Assembly: GCA_015075075.1 (NCBI GenBank)
Contig: JABTVA010000012.1
Coordinates: 4,655-68,654, forward strand
Length of the DNA stretch: 64,000 nucleotides
Source of the DNA: Deltaproteobacteria bacterium
GTDB taxonomy: Bacteria; Desulfobacterota; GWC2-55-46
Reading direction: 5' to 3'
This document shows positions 54,541 to 64,000 of this stretch, piece by piece; the stretch's first letter is position 1, and each line of letters starts with the position of its first letter. Under the pieces are notes generated by a model. It was not told the origin of the DNA. It saw nothing but the letters and a program-made list of their open reading frames with translations, and did no database searches. A program made the translations under genes and the position numbers.

Positions 54541-55938
54541 TTGAGAGTGCGAGAGTTCGATATCGTTGTGGTCGGGGCCGGGCCGGGCGGGTATGTCGCG
54601 GCAATAAGGGCCGCGCAGCTCGGCGCCAGGACCGCCCTGGTCGAAAGGGACAGCATCGGCGGCACGTGCCTCAACCGGGGCTGCATACCGACCAAGGCGC
54701 TTTATTATTCGGCAAAGGCCCTGGCGGCCTCGAAGCACGCCGCTGACTTCGGCGTGAACGTGGGCGAGATATCCTTCGACCTTGCGAAGGCGGTCGAGAG
54801 GAAGGACGGGGTTGTAAAGAAGCTCGTCGGAGGGGTCGAGCAGCTCCTTAAGGGCAACAAGGTCGAGGTCATAAAGGGGAGCGGCTTCCTTGAGTCCGCC
54901 GGAAGGGTGAGGGTCGAGAGTAACGGCTCGACCGAGACCATAGCGGCAAAGTCCGTAATCGTCGCGACCGGCTCGGAGCCGGCCATGATACCGGCCTTCA
55001 ATATCGACCGGAAAAACGTCCTTACCTCGACCGAGATGCTTGACGTCAGGAAAGTGCCGGAATCGCTCCTCGTGATAGGCGGGGGCGTCATGGGCTGCGA
55101 GTTCGCCACCCTCTTCTCCGCTTTCGGGAGCAGGGTCATGGTAGTCGAGCTGCTCCCTTCCATACTAACCACCGAGGACAAGATGGTCTCGAGGGTCATC
55201 GCCAAGAGGTTCAAGGAGACCGGCGTGAACGTCCTTACCGACGTTCAGGTCGAGGCTGTCGTCCCCGAGGACGGCTGCGTAAAGACCAGGCTCAAGGACG
55301 GGCGCGAGTTCATGACCGAGAAGGTCATGGTCGCCATAGGCCGCTCGTTCAACTCCTCCGGCATAGGCCTTGACGCCCTGGGCGTGAATATCGAAAAGGG
55401 CAGGATAGCGGTGGACGAGCGCATGGAGACGAACGTCAAGGGCGTCTACGCCATAGGCGACGTTACCGGGAAGATGCTCCTTGCGCACGTGGCCTCTACC
55501 CAGGGCATCGTCGCCGTAAACGCCGCGCTCGGCAAGGACGCCAGGATGGACTATTCCGTGATACCCGCCGGGATATTCACCGACCCCGAGATAGCGAGCG
55601 TGGGTTTAAGGGAAAAGGACGCTGAGGAAAAGGGCATCGAGGTAAGGGTCGGCAGGTTCCCGTACGCTGCGAGCGGCAAAGCGCTCGGCATGGGCGAGAC
55701 CGAAGGCTTTGTCCAGATTGTCGCCGACCCGGGGACCGACAAGGTCTTAGGCTGCTCGATAGTGGGCGCGCACGCGACCGACCTCATAGGAGAGGCCGCG
55801 CTTGCCATGAGGGCCGGTGTAACCGTGAAGGAGCTTGCTGAGACCATACACGCGCACCCGACCCTTCCCGAGCTTGTGATGGAGGCCGCGGAGGACGTGC
55901 ACGGCATGGCGATACACAAGATAGGAAGGAAAAGGTAG
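54541..55938 (+). CDS. lpdA: Dihydrolipoamide dehydrogenase
   Basis: GAGPGGY, GGTCLNRGCIP, HAHPTL.E. Confidence 0.95.
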   Translation: MRVREFDIVVVGAGPGGYVAAIRAAQLGARTALVERDSIGGTCLNRGCIPTKALYYSAKALAASKHAADFGVNVGEISFDLAKAVERKDGVVKKLVGGVEQLLKGNKVEVIKGSGFLESAGRVRVESNGSTETIAAKSVIVATGSEPAMIPAFNIDRKNVLTSTEMLDVRKVPESLLVIGGGVMGCEFATLFSAFGSRVMVVELLPSILTTEDKMVSRVIAKRFKETGVNVLTDVQVEAVVPEDGCVKTRLKDGREFMTEKVMVAIGRSFNSSGIGLDALGVNIEKGRIAVDERMETNVKGVYAIGDVTGKMLLAHVASTQGIVAVNAALGKDARMDYSVIPAGIFTDPEIASVGLREKDAEEKGIEVRVGRFPYAASGKALGMGETEGFVQIVADPGTDKVLGCSIVGAHATDLIGEAALAMRAGVTVKELAETIHAHPTLPELVMEAAEDVHGMAIHKIGRKR

Positions 55939-55958
55939 GCGTAAAAGGAAGCGGTGAG

Positions 55959-56045
55959 TGTCTTACTGAGCGAAGCGAAGGACTTTGTTTTTAGAATCGG
56001 CAAATCACGAGATTCTTCGGTCGCTTGCGCTCCCTCAGAATGACA
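55959..56045 (+). repeat. Family D palindromic repeat, copy 2
   Basis: TGTCTTACTGAGCGAAGCGAAG..CTTCGGTCGCTTGCGCTCCCTCAGAATGACA. Confidence 0.8.
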
Positions 56046-56096
56046 GGAAATAAAGAAGAAAGCATATCAAAGCACAGACGCATTGAAAGGTAGTTT

Positions 56097-57338
56097 ATGG
56101 CCTTGATAGTCCAGAAGTACGGCGGGACGTCGGTAGGCAATGTCGAGCGCATCAAGAACGTGGCCAGGAGGGCCGCCAAGGCCAGGGGAGAAGGCAACGA
56201 CGTGGTCGTGGTCCTCTCCGCCATGTCCGGCGAGACCAACAGGCTCGTGGCCCTCTGCCATGAGGCGAGCGAGTTCCCGATAGGCCGCGAGTACGACGTC
56301 GTAATCTCAACCGGCGAGCAGGTCACCATAGGGCTCCTTTCCATCGTCCTGAAGGAGATGGGCCTCAGGGCCAGGAGCCTAATGGGCCACCAGGTGCCGA
56401 TTGTGACCGACTCGCAGTTCGGCTCCGCACGAATAGAGTCCATCGACGGGACGCGCATAAAGGACGAGCTCGCGAAGGGCTCGATAGTGGTTGTGGCGGG
56501 CTTCCAGGGCGTTGACCCGGAGGGCAATATAACGACGCTCGGCAGGGGCGGCTCGGACACCACCGCCGTCGCGCTCGCCGCGGCATTGAAGGCCGACCTC
56601 TGCGAGATATACACCGACGTGGACGGAGTCTACACGACCGACCCCAACATCTGCCAGGAGGCCCGGAAATTGAAGAAGGTCTCCTATGACGAGATGCTCG
56701 AGATGGCGAGCCTCGGGGCCAAGGTGCTGCAGACCAGGTCCGTCGAGTTCGCGAAGAAGTACGAGGTCCCGGTGATGGTGAGGTCCTCGTTCAACGATTC
56801 AGAGGGCACGCTCGTCTGCAAGGAGGACAAGGAAATGGAAAAAGTGGTGGTCTCAGGCATCACCTACAACAAGAACGAGGCCAAGATATCAGTCCTCCGG
56901 GTGCCGGACAGGCCCGGCATAGCGGCCAAGCTCTTCAGGCCGCTTACCGAGGCGGGCATAAACGTCGACGTGATAGTGCAGAACATAAGCCATGACGCGC
57001 ACACTGACCTGACCTTTACGGTCTCCAAGGAGGACTACAAGAGGGCCTTGAAGATAGTCGAGGGCACGGCGGCCTCCATCGAGGCCAAGGAGGTCAGGGG
57101 GGACACCGGCATAGCCAAGGTCTCGATAGTCGGCGCCGGGATGAGGAGCCATGCGGGAGTGGCCTCGAAGATGTTCGACGTCATGGCCAACGAGGGCATA
57201 AACATACAGATGATATCCACCTCGGAGATAAAGATATCGATAGTGGTGGACGTGAAGTACACAGAACTTGCGGTAAGGGTCCTCCACGAGGCCTTCGGCC
57301 TCGGCAGGGGCGAGGTGACCGAGGAGGCCGGGGCGTAG
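56097..57338 (+). CDS. lysC: Aspartate kinase
   Basis: [27 protein letters not shown], two ACT domains. Confidence 0.96.
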   Translation: MALIVQKYGGTSVGNVERIKNVARRAAKARGEGNDVVVVLSAMSGETNRLVALCHEASEFPIGREYDVVISTGEQVTIGLLSIVLKEMGLRARSLMGHQVPIVTDSQFGSARIESIDGTRIKDELAKGSIVVVAGFQGVDPEGNITTLGRGGSDTTAVALAAALKADLCEIYTDVDGVYTTDPNICQEARKLKKVSYDEMLEMASLGAKVLQTRSVEFAKKYEVPVMVRSSFNDSEGTLVCKEDKEMEKVVVSGITYNKNEAKISVLRVPDRPGIAAKLFRPLTEAGINVDVIVQNISHDAHTDLTFTVSKEDYKRALKIVEGTAASIEAKEVRGDTGIAKVSIVGAGMRSHAGVASKMFDVMANEGINIQMISTSEIKISIVVDVKYTELAVRVLHEAFGLGRGEVTEEAGA

Positions 57339-57465
57339 AGTTTCTTCAATTCCCCGCGCCTGCGTATCACGCCTTCCCTCGACGGGAGGCCGGGAGAGGG
57401 TGAGATAATCGACCCTCCACTCAGTCCCCTCCAGCCTGATTAAACTTCGGGGAGGGGAGGTCTAA

Positions 57466-57606
57466 CGGGTGGATGAAAAACTGTTTTAGCCTGTCATTCT
57501 GAGCGAAGCGAAGGATCTCGGCGCTGATAAAATCGGTGAACTACGAGATTCTTCGTCGCCTTCGGCTCCTCAGAATGACAGCTCTCGGGACTTTTTCAAC
57601 ATCCTG
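57466..57606 (+). mobile_element. Composite MITE: family-B-like ends around a family D palindrome (57491-57581)
   Basis: CTAA direct repeats; GGTGGATGAAAAA..TTTTTCAACATCC ends; inner CTGTCATTCTGAG..CTCAGAATGACAG. Confidence 0.75.
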
Positions 57607-57672
57607 CTAAGGATACCAGGCTGTTTGCGGCGGGGTATCTCAGCAGCCGCATTTCCATTTGAGAGTATCAAG

Positions 57673-59259
57673 ATGATATTCCTTTACGACACAACTCTTC
57701 GCGACGGCACGCAGGCCGAGGACATCTCCTTTTCCGTCGAGGACAAGATGCGGATAGCCAGGGCGCTCGACGACCTCGGGGTCCATTACATCGAGGGCGG
57801 CTGGCCCGGGAGCAACCCGCGCGACATCGAGTTCTTCAAATCCATGGCCGGGGAGAAGCTCGGGAACTCCAGGCTCGTGAGCTTCGGCTCCACCAGGCGG
57901 GCCGGGGTCAAGGCTTCCGGAGACGCGAACTTGAAGGCCCTCGTCTCGTCCCGCACCCCGGCTGTCACCATCTTCGGGAAGACGTGGAAGCTCCATGTCC
58001 TGAAGGCCATCAGGGTTTCGCTCGATGAGAACATAGAGATGATCTTCGACTCGGTGGCCTATCTCAAGAAGAGGGTGGGCGAGGTCTTCTACGACGCCGA
58101 GCACTTCTTCGACGCCTACAAGGACGACCCGGCCTATGCGCTCAAGACCCTCAAGGCGGCGGAGGAGGCTGGGGCGGACTTCCTGGTCCTCTGCGACACG
58201 AACGGCGGGACCCTGCCCTTCGAGGTGGCCGAGATAACGAGGGAAGTCAGGCTCAATACCTCCGCCCGCATCGGCATACACGCGCATAACGACTCGGACA
58301 CGGCGGTCGCAAGCTCCCTCTCGGCCGTGAGGGAGGGCGCGGTCATGGTGCAGGGCACTGTGAACGGCTTCGGGGAGAGGTGCGGGAACGCGAACCTCTG
58401 CTCCATCATACCGGCCCTGAAGGTCAAGATGGGCCTCGACTGCATCACCGCCGAGAGGCTCAGGAAATTGAGGAGCACGGCGAGGTTCGTAAACGAGCTC
58501 GCGAACCTCCCTCATTTGAAGCACCAGCCATATGTTGGCGACAGCGCCTTCGCGCACAAGGGCGGCATACACGTGAGCGCGATACTCAAGAACCCCGCGA
58601 CCTACGAGCACATGAGCCCGGACCTCGTGGGCAACATACAGCGCGTGCTCGTATCCGACCTCTCCGGCAGGTCCAATATCATCTACAAGGCCGCGGAGTA
58701 CGGGGTCGACATATCGAGCGGCTCGGAGGTCGTGAAGGGGGTATTGTCGGAACTCAAGCTCCTTGAGCACCAGGGCTTCCAGTACGAGGGGGCCGAGGCC
58801 TCGTTCGAGCTCCTCATCCGTAAGGCCATGAAGAAGAAGGAGAGGTACTTCAAGCTCCTCGACTTCAGGGTCATTGACGAGAAAAAGAGCGAGGACGAAA
58901 CGCCCCACTCCGAGGCCACCATCAAGCTCGAGGTCAACGGGGTGGTCGAGCACACCGCCGCAGAGGGGAACGGCCCTGTAAACGCCCTCGACAGGGCCCT
59001 CCGGAAGGCGCTTGAGAGGTTCTACCCTTCCATCCGGGAAGTGGAGCTCCTGGATTTCAAGGTGCGGGTGCTCGCCGGCATGCAGGGCACAGCGGCGAAG
59101 GTGCGCGTCCTTGTCGAGTCCGGCGACGGGGCGGAAAAATGGGGAACCGTAGGCGTATCCGAAAACGTGATCGAGGCGAGCTGGCAGGCCCTCGTCGACA
59201 GCCTCGAATACAAGCTCTTCAAGGACGGGAAGAAAAGAAAAGGCAAGCCCCGCGCGTAA
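57673..59259 (+). CDS. cimA: Citramalate synthase
   Basis: [42 protein letters not shown]. Confidence 0.9.
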   Translation: MIFLYDTTLRDGTQAEDISFSVEDKMRIARALDDLGVHYIEGGWPGSNPRDIEFFKSMAGEKLGNSRLVSFGSTRRAGVKASGDANLKALVSSRTPAVTIFGKTWKLHVLKAIRVSLDENIEMIFDSVAYLKKRVGEVFYDAEHFFDAYKDDPAYALKTLKAAEEAGADFLVLCDTNGGTLPFEVAEITREVRLNTSARIGIHAHNDSDTAVASSLSAVREGAVMVQGTVNGFGERCGNANLCSIIPALKVKMGLDCITAERLRKLRSTARFVNELANLPHLKHQPYVGDSAFAHKGGIHVSAILKNPATYEHMSPDLVGNIQRVLVSDLSGRSNIIYKAAEYGVDISSGSEVVKGVLSELKLLEHQGFQYEGAEASFELLIRKAMKKKERYFKLLDFRVIDEKKSEDETPHSEATIKLEVNGVVEHTAAEGNGPVNALDRALRKALERFYPSIREVELLDFKVRVLAGMQGTAAKVRVLVESGDGAEKWGTVGVSENVIEASWQALVDSLEYKLFKDGKKRKGKPRA

Positions 59260-59313
59260 GCCTTGCGCCTGCCGTTATTCTCAACCGGTCCCTTTTAGGG
59301 TGAGGGGGACAAA

Positions 59314-59736
59314 ATGAGAGACAAGCGCTACCCCGCGTTCCTCCTCGTCTCATTAGCCATTCTTGTTTTATTCATCTTCCGCAATCCATCGCGCTTTTAT
59401 GAAAAGCCTTCAACATTGCCGGAAAAACCGCCTTCAACCGCGCAAACGGGCCATGCTCCAGCCCCGCTCTTCAGGTCGGCTCCAGAGGACCCGAGGCCAT
59501 CCATCCCGGTCTTCCCGCTCGACATAAATAAGGCCGCCGTCGAGGACCTGATGCTCCTTCCCGGCATCGGCGAGAAGACCGCCCTGAGGATAGTCGAGAA
59601 AAGGGCGGAAATGAACGGTTTCCGGACGGTCGACGATTTGACAGAGGTCAAGTGGGTTGGTAAAGTCAAGTTGGAGAGGATACGCGGCCTCGTCTTTGCC
59701 GGGCCCTACGCCGCGTCGCCGCGTCCCGCTCCATAA
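59314..59736 (+). CDS. ComEA-like helix-hairpin-helix DNA-binding protein
   Basis: TM anchor, DINKA..EDL..LPGIG..TA.RIV. Confidence 0.85.
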   Translation: MRDKRYPAFLLVSLAILVLFIFRNPSRFYEKPSTLPEKPPSTAQTGHAPAPLFRSAPEDPRPSIPVFPLDINKAAVEDLMLLPGIGEKTALRIVEKRAEMNGFRTVDDLTEVKWVGKVKLERIRGLVFAGPYAASPRPAP

Positions 59737-59818
59737 TAGCCTTCCGTAAATAGCTTTCCTTATAGTTTTTCTCGAAAATCAAACACATAGAAGGTCTTTT
59801 CGAAGGCGGGTCTTTGCT

Positions 59819-60148
59819 ATGCCGGATGACATTCTCTCAGAGCTCAGGGCCAGGGAAGAGGAGATGGAGGCCCTCATAAACGACGCCAGGCAAAGGGCCG
59901 CTCGCATAAGGGAGGAGGCGGCCAGGGAAGCCAGGGCGCTCAAGGAGTCGCTCGTGGCAGCGGCAGATGCCGAAGCTGCCCGGCTTGCCGCGTCAGAGCG
60001 CGAAAAAACCGATAGAGACGCCGGTGAAATAGAGGAAAAGGGCAGAAAAGAAGCGAGTGAACTGAGGGAACACGGCGAAAGGAAGTTCGAGGGGGCCGTC
60101 TCGGAGGTCATGCGTTTCCTCATGGAATCGATAGGTGCGCCAAGGTGA
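59819..60148 (+). CDS. V/A-type ATPase peripheral stalk subunit G/H
   Basis: Charged coiled coil, first gene before subunit I. Confidence 0.75.
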   Translation: MPDDILSELRAREEEMEALINDARQRAARIREEAAREARALKESLVAAADAEAARLAASEREKTDRDAGEIEEKGRKEASELREHGERKFEGAVSEVMRFLMESIGAPR

Positions 60149-62025
60149 TAAAAAAGATGCTCAAGGTGAGGATAATCGGCCCCAGAAGCCGCATCGACGA
60201 GGCCGTAAAGGCGCTGCACTCGGCCGCAGTGCTCCATATAGAGACGGTCCCGGAGGAGGACATCAATAACGGCGGGCTCCTCCGGAGGCTCCCCATAGAG
60301 GCGGAACGGGCAAGGGAGAGGGAAGAGCTCGAAAAGGCGCGCGACGAGCTCAGGAACCTCGCGGCCCTTCTGCCTGAGCCGCCGGTCGTAAGGCCCGTGC
60401 GGGTTGAGGCCCGGGAAATACCCCGGTACATGGGCGACCTCGCCCATATCGGCGAGAGGGCAAGGGAGCTCCGGGCGCGGAAGGACTCGCTCTCGGAGGA
60501 GCTTTCCTCCATAGGCAAATACGAGAAGCTGCTCCGCGGATTTGCGCCCATCGTGTCGAGGCTCGGGGGCCTTAAAAACTTCGAGGTCACGGGCATCACG
60601 CTTGAGCGGACGAGGGAGGACATAGCTGGCCTCCTTGAATCCGAGGTATCGAGGATAACCGAAGGCGCCTACAGGATTCTTACAAAGGACCTGGACGCCG
60701 AGACCATCGGGGTGGTGCTCGCATACCCGAAGCACTTCGATCCGCAGGTCAAAACGCTACTTGCCGGCAGGGCCATCGGCGAGGTGCGCCTGCCGGACGA
60801 GTACGCGGACATGGCCCTCGTAGAGGCGCTGTTGCTGATGGGGAGGAGGAGGGCCCTCATACCGGGCCTCTTAAGCGACATCGACAGGGAATTGTCCACC
60901 ATCTCCTTACAGTGGTACGACGAGATAGCCGGGACCCAGAGGGCGATAGAGAACGCGCTCGACGAGTTCGGCGCGCTCTCGTACGCCGCGGCGAGCGCCT
61001 TCGCTTTCATAATCGAGGGCTGGGTCCCTGCCGCCCGGCATGCAGACCTGCTCAGAGAGTTCCGCGAGGCATTCGGGGGCAGCGTGAGGATAAGCACCAT
61101 AGGGCCGGGCGCGGCCCAAAACGACTCGGTCCCGGTTCTCATAAGGAACCCCTGGTTCATAAGGCCGTTCGAGGTCTTCCTCTCGGCGCTCCCGCCGCCG
61201 AGGTACGGCTCGGTGGACCCGACGGTCTATGTGGCGGTATTCTTCCCGGCTTTCTTCGGCCTCATCGTCGCGGACATGGGCTACGGCGCGGTCACGATGG
61301 CGCTCGCCCTTATCATCCGTTCAAGGCTCAAGGGCAGGAAGGAGGCCTACAGGGACATAGCGACAGTGCTTGCGATAGCGAGCGCCTCCGCGGTCTTCTT
61401 CGGCTTCCTCTTCGGCGAGTTCTTCGGCGACCTGGGAGAGAGGCTCGGGCTCCGCCCTGTCCTATTCCACAGGATAGAGGCCCTTACCACGATCATTTAC
61501 GTCACTATCGGGATAGGGATATTCCACGTGCTCCTGGGGATAGCGCTCGGCATAAAGAGCAGCATCACCAGGAAAAAAAACAAGAAGGCGGCGGCAAAGG
61601 CGGCCTTCTTCCTCCTCGTAGTCTCGTTCCTCTATGTGCTCGGCGGAGTGTCAGGCAACCTGCCCGGCGAATACCTCACGGCGGCGGCTGTAGTTTCGGC
61701 CCTGTCCTTTGCTGCGCTCGTCATCCTTGAAGGCATACTCGGCCCCGTGGACTTCCTTGAGGCCCTCGGCAACATCATTTCCTATGTGCGTATCATGGCC
61801 GTGGGCACGGCTTCGGTCGTCATGGCCCTGGTCGCGAACAGGCTGGGGTCCATCCCGGAGAGCATGGTAATAGGAGTAGCCGTTGCCGGGCTCATGCACA
61901 TTCTAAACCTGTTCTTGAGCATATTGAGCCCCTCGATACAGTCCATGAGGCTCAAGTATGTCTAGTTATTCAGCAAGTTCTACGAGGGCGGCGGAAGGAG
62001 GTACAGGCCTTTCAGGAGGCGTTAG
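60145..62025 (+). CDS. V/A-type ATPase subunit I (a); in-frame TAG at 61963-61965
   Basis: EGWVP, P.Y..VDPT, DMGYG, SYVRIMA; frame continues FSKFYEGGG after the TAG. Confidence 0.9.
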
Positions 62026-62054
62026 CCGGAGCATAAAATACGGAGGAGGCGAAC

Positions 62055-62267
62055 ATGCAAGAGGGACTGATAGCTCTCGCAGCCGCGCTGGCCATAGGGC
62101 TCCCGGCCCTGGCTACGGGCTGGGCGCAGAGCAAGATCGGCGCTGCCGGGGCGGGCGCAGTAGCGGAAAAACCGGAGCTCACGGGCATAATAATCATACT
62201 GGTCGCAATACCCGAGACAATGGTGCTCCTGGGCTTTGTCGTCGCATATCTCCTCATGGGCGGTTAG
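62055..62267 (+). CDS. V/A-type ATPase proteolipid subunit K (c), single hairpin
   Basis: WAQSKIG..AEKPE..IPET. Confidence 0.9.
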   Translation: MQEGLIALAAALAIGLPALATGWAQSKIGAAGAGAVAEKPELTGIIIILVAIPETMVLLGFVVAYLLMGG

Positions 62268-62276
62268 GGGGCAGGC

Positions 62277-62879
62277 ATGGCCGCAAACCCACAGGACTCC
62301 TGCGACCCGCTCATAGCCGCGCTCGAGGAGGACGCCAGGGCCCAGGCTTCGAGGCTTATCGAGGAGGCCGAAGAGGCGAGGGAAGAGATGCTCCGGCGCG
62401 CAAGGGACGAGGCCGCGAAAGAGGCGGACGAGCGCCTATCGACAATCCGCGAAAGGCTTAAGCGCGAGAGGGCCGCGACGCTGAATAGCGCCAGGACGAG
62501 GGCCGCGGGACTTAAGCTCGGGGTCAGGCGGGAGCTTCTCGACGGCGTGCTCGTTGAGGCGCAAAAGAGGCTCGTCTCGCTTCCGGACGCCGAGTACGGA
62601 AGGCTTGTTACACGGCTTTACGAAGCCCTGAAGGACGAATGGGAGAAGGCGAGGCCGGGCGAGCAGGCTATCATCCGCCTGAACCCCGCCGACGCCGCCC
62701 GCGTGCGGGCCGACGGCGCGCGGGTCGAGCCGGACACCAGGGTGGCGGGCGGGGTCGTCTTGACTTCGGTCGACGGCAGGGTGGTCTTCGAGAACACGGT
62801 CCCTTCGGTTGTCGAGCGGGCCAGGAAGGTCATGGTCCCGGCTATCGACAAGCTCCTCTTCAGGGAGGCGCTCCCGTGA
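62277..62879 (+). CDS. V/A-type ATPase subunit E
   Basis: N-terminal coiled coil, GGVVL.S.DG...ENT. Confidence 0.85.
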   Translation: MAANPQDSCDPLIAALEEDARAQASRLIEEAEEAREEMLRRARDEAAKEADERLSTIRERLKRERAATLNSARTRAAGLKLGVRRELLDGVLVEAQKRLVSLPDAEYGRLVTRLYEALKDEWEKARPGEQAIIRLNPADAARVRADGARVEPDTRVAGGVVLTSVDGRVVFENTVPSVVERARKVMVPAIDKLLFREALP

Positions 62880-63961
62880 TAATGCCTGCCTCGATGCTCC
62901 CGTCCCGGACGGACTTGAGCTACTTTAACGCAAGGGTCAGGGGGTTACGGGGAAAGCTCCTCAAAAGTCAGGACTATGAATCGCTCATCCAGTCCGAAGG
63001 CCCGGACCAGGCTGCGGAAAGGCTACGCTCGACCGCTTACGGACCGGATATGGAGGCCGCCCTGGCGCGTTTCGGCTCAATCGAGGAGGCGTTCCCGGCG
63101 GCCCTCAAATCCGGCCTTTCGGACTCGTTCGAGCTTCTCTGGAAACTCGCCCCTGAAGGCGCAAGGCCTTTCCTCAAGGCGGTCTTCAGCATCTGGGAGG
63201 TCTTTGACCTCAAGGCCATCATCCGCGGGATATCAAGGGGCGTAAGGAGCGAGGACATCCGGGACGTCCTCATACCCGCAGGAGAGCTCGATACCGCCGC
63301 GCTCAACACCCTCCTTTCATCCAGGGACGTCGAGGACCTGGCGAGCTTCCTCCGCACCTGGGGTAGCACCTACTTTAGGCCGGTCTCAAAAGGCCTGCCC
63401 GCGTTCCTTAAAACCGGCAGGACCGCCGAGATCGAGATAGCCCTCGACAGGCATTCGGGCGAGTCGCTTCTTTCGGCGCTCGAAGGCGACTGGACGGACG
63501 CGCGCATAATGAGAGGCTGGACAGCGATGAGGATAGACTTCACCAATATGGCAACCCTCGTCAAGATTTCCGGCGAGGCCTACAGCGTCGAGGGCGCGGG
63601 AGAGTTCTTCGTAAAGGGCGGAAAGGCGCTCAGGAAAGGCGAGTTCATAAGGCTATCGTCGCTTACGACGAGGGAGGAGCTTTTCGAGGCGCTCAGGGGA
63701 GCCGTAACCGAGCCAGCTATAAAGGGCGTGCTCGACTCATCCGACCCGCGCGACCCGGCCCTCCTTGAGGAAGCGGCTGAAAAGGCGCTCGAGAGGCGCC
63801 TTGCCGGGATCGCGGTCTCGGAGCCGCTCTCAATAGCCCTGGGCGCGGCCTACATACACATGAAGGTCCGGGAAACCAGGAACCTGAGGCTCATATACAG
63901 GGGAAAGCTCTTCGGAATGCCCGAGGACGAGATACGGAAACTAATCTTTCTTCCTTTATAA
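62876..63961 (+). CDS. V/A-type ATPase subunit C (d)
   Basis: YFNARVRG.RGKLL, E.RNLR.I..GK. Confidence 0.85.
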   Translation: MIMPASMLPSRTDLSYFNARVRGLRGKLLKSQDYESLIQSEGPDQAAERLRSTAYGPDMEAALARFGSIEEAFPAALKSGLSDSFELLWKLAPEGARPFLKAVFSIWEVFDLKAIIRGISRGVRSEDIRDVLIPAGELDTAALNTLLSSRDVEDLASFLRTWGSTYFRPVSKGLPAFLKTGRTAEIEIALDRHSGESLLSALEGDWTDARIMRGWTAMRIDFTNMATLVKISGEAYSVEGAGEFFVKGGKALRKGEFIRLSSLTTREELFEALRGAVTEPAIKGVLDSSDPRDPALLEEAAEKALERRLAGIAVSEPLSIALGAAYIHMKVRETRNLRLIYRGKLFGMPEDEIRKLIFLPL

Positions 63962-63974
63962 GGCCGGAAAGAAA

Positions 63975-64000
63975 ATGGCGGAGCTGCTGGTCATAACAGG
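63975..64000 (+). CDS. Start of probable V/A-type ATPase subunit F (runs off window)
   Basis: MAELLVIT.. at the expected operon position. Confidence 0.5.

Overview
GC-rich bacterial chromosome segment. Gene content and order resemble Desulfobacterota/Geobacter relatives (inference). It is mostly housekeeping: queD-folE2, lptD, folC-accD, trpEGDCFBA, an F1Fo atp cluster (atpF'F-H-A-G-D-C, no a/c genes), tmk-holB-ricT-metG-tatD/radical SAM, era-der, ftsH-folP-cdaA-cdaR-glmM-pdxJ-acpS-nnr-tsaE-lpdA-lysC-cimA-comEA, and the start of a V/A-type ATPase operon. Clusters of indels break several essential genes and look like long-read consensus errors. Main points of interest: (1) a CusCBA Cu/Ag efflux locus headed by a BlaI-type repressor and an M56 (BlaR1-like) peptidase whose penicillin sensor is replaced by a Cys/His tail, with a matching TTC(T/G)AC-N5-GTAGAA palindrome in the repressor promoter and before cusC; (2) a ~390-nt, twice-present structured intergenic element with compensatory changes; (3) several small palindromic/MITE families, with all copies of a family co-oriented on the chromosome; (4) an in-frame b'-b fusion of ATP synthase stator subunits with an internal signal-peptide-like linker. 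No rRNA, tRNA, CRISPR array or autonomous transposase was seen.
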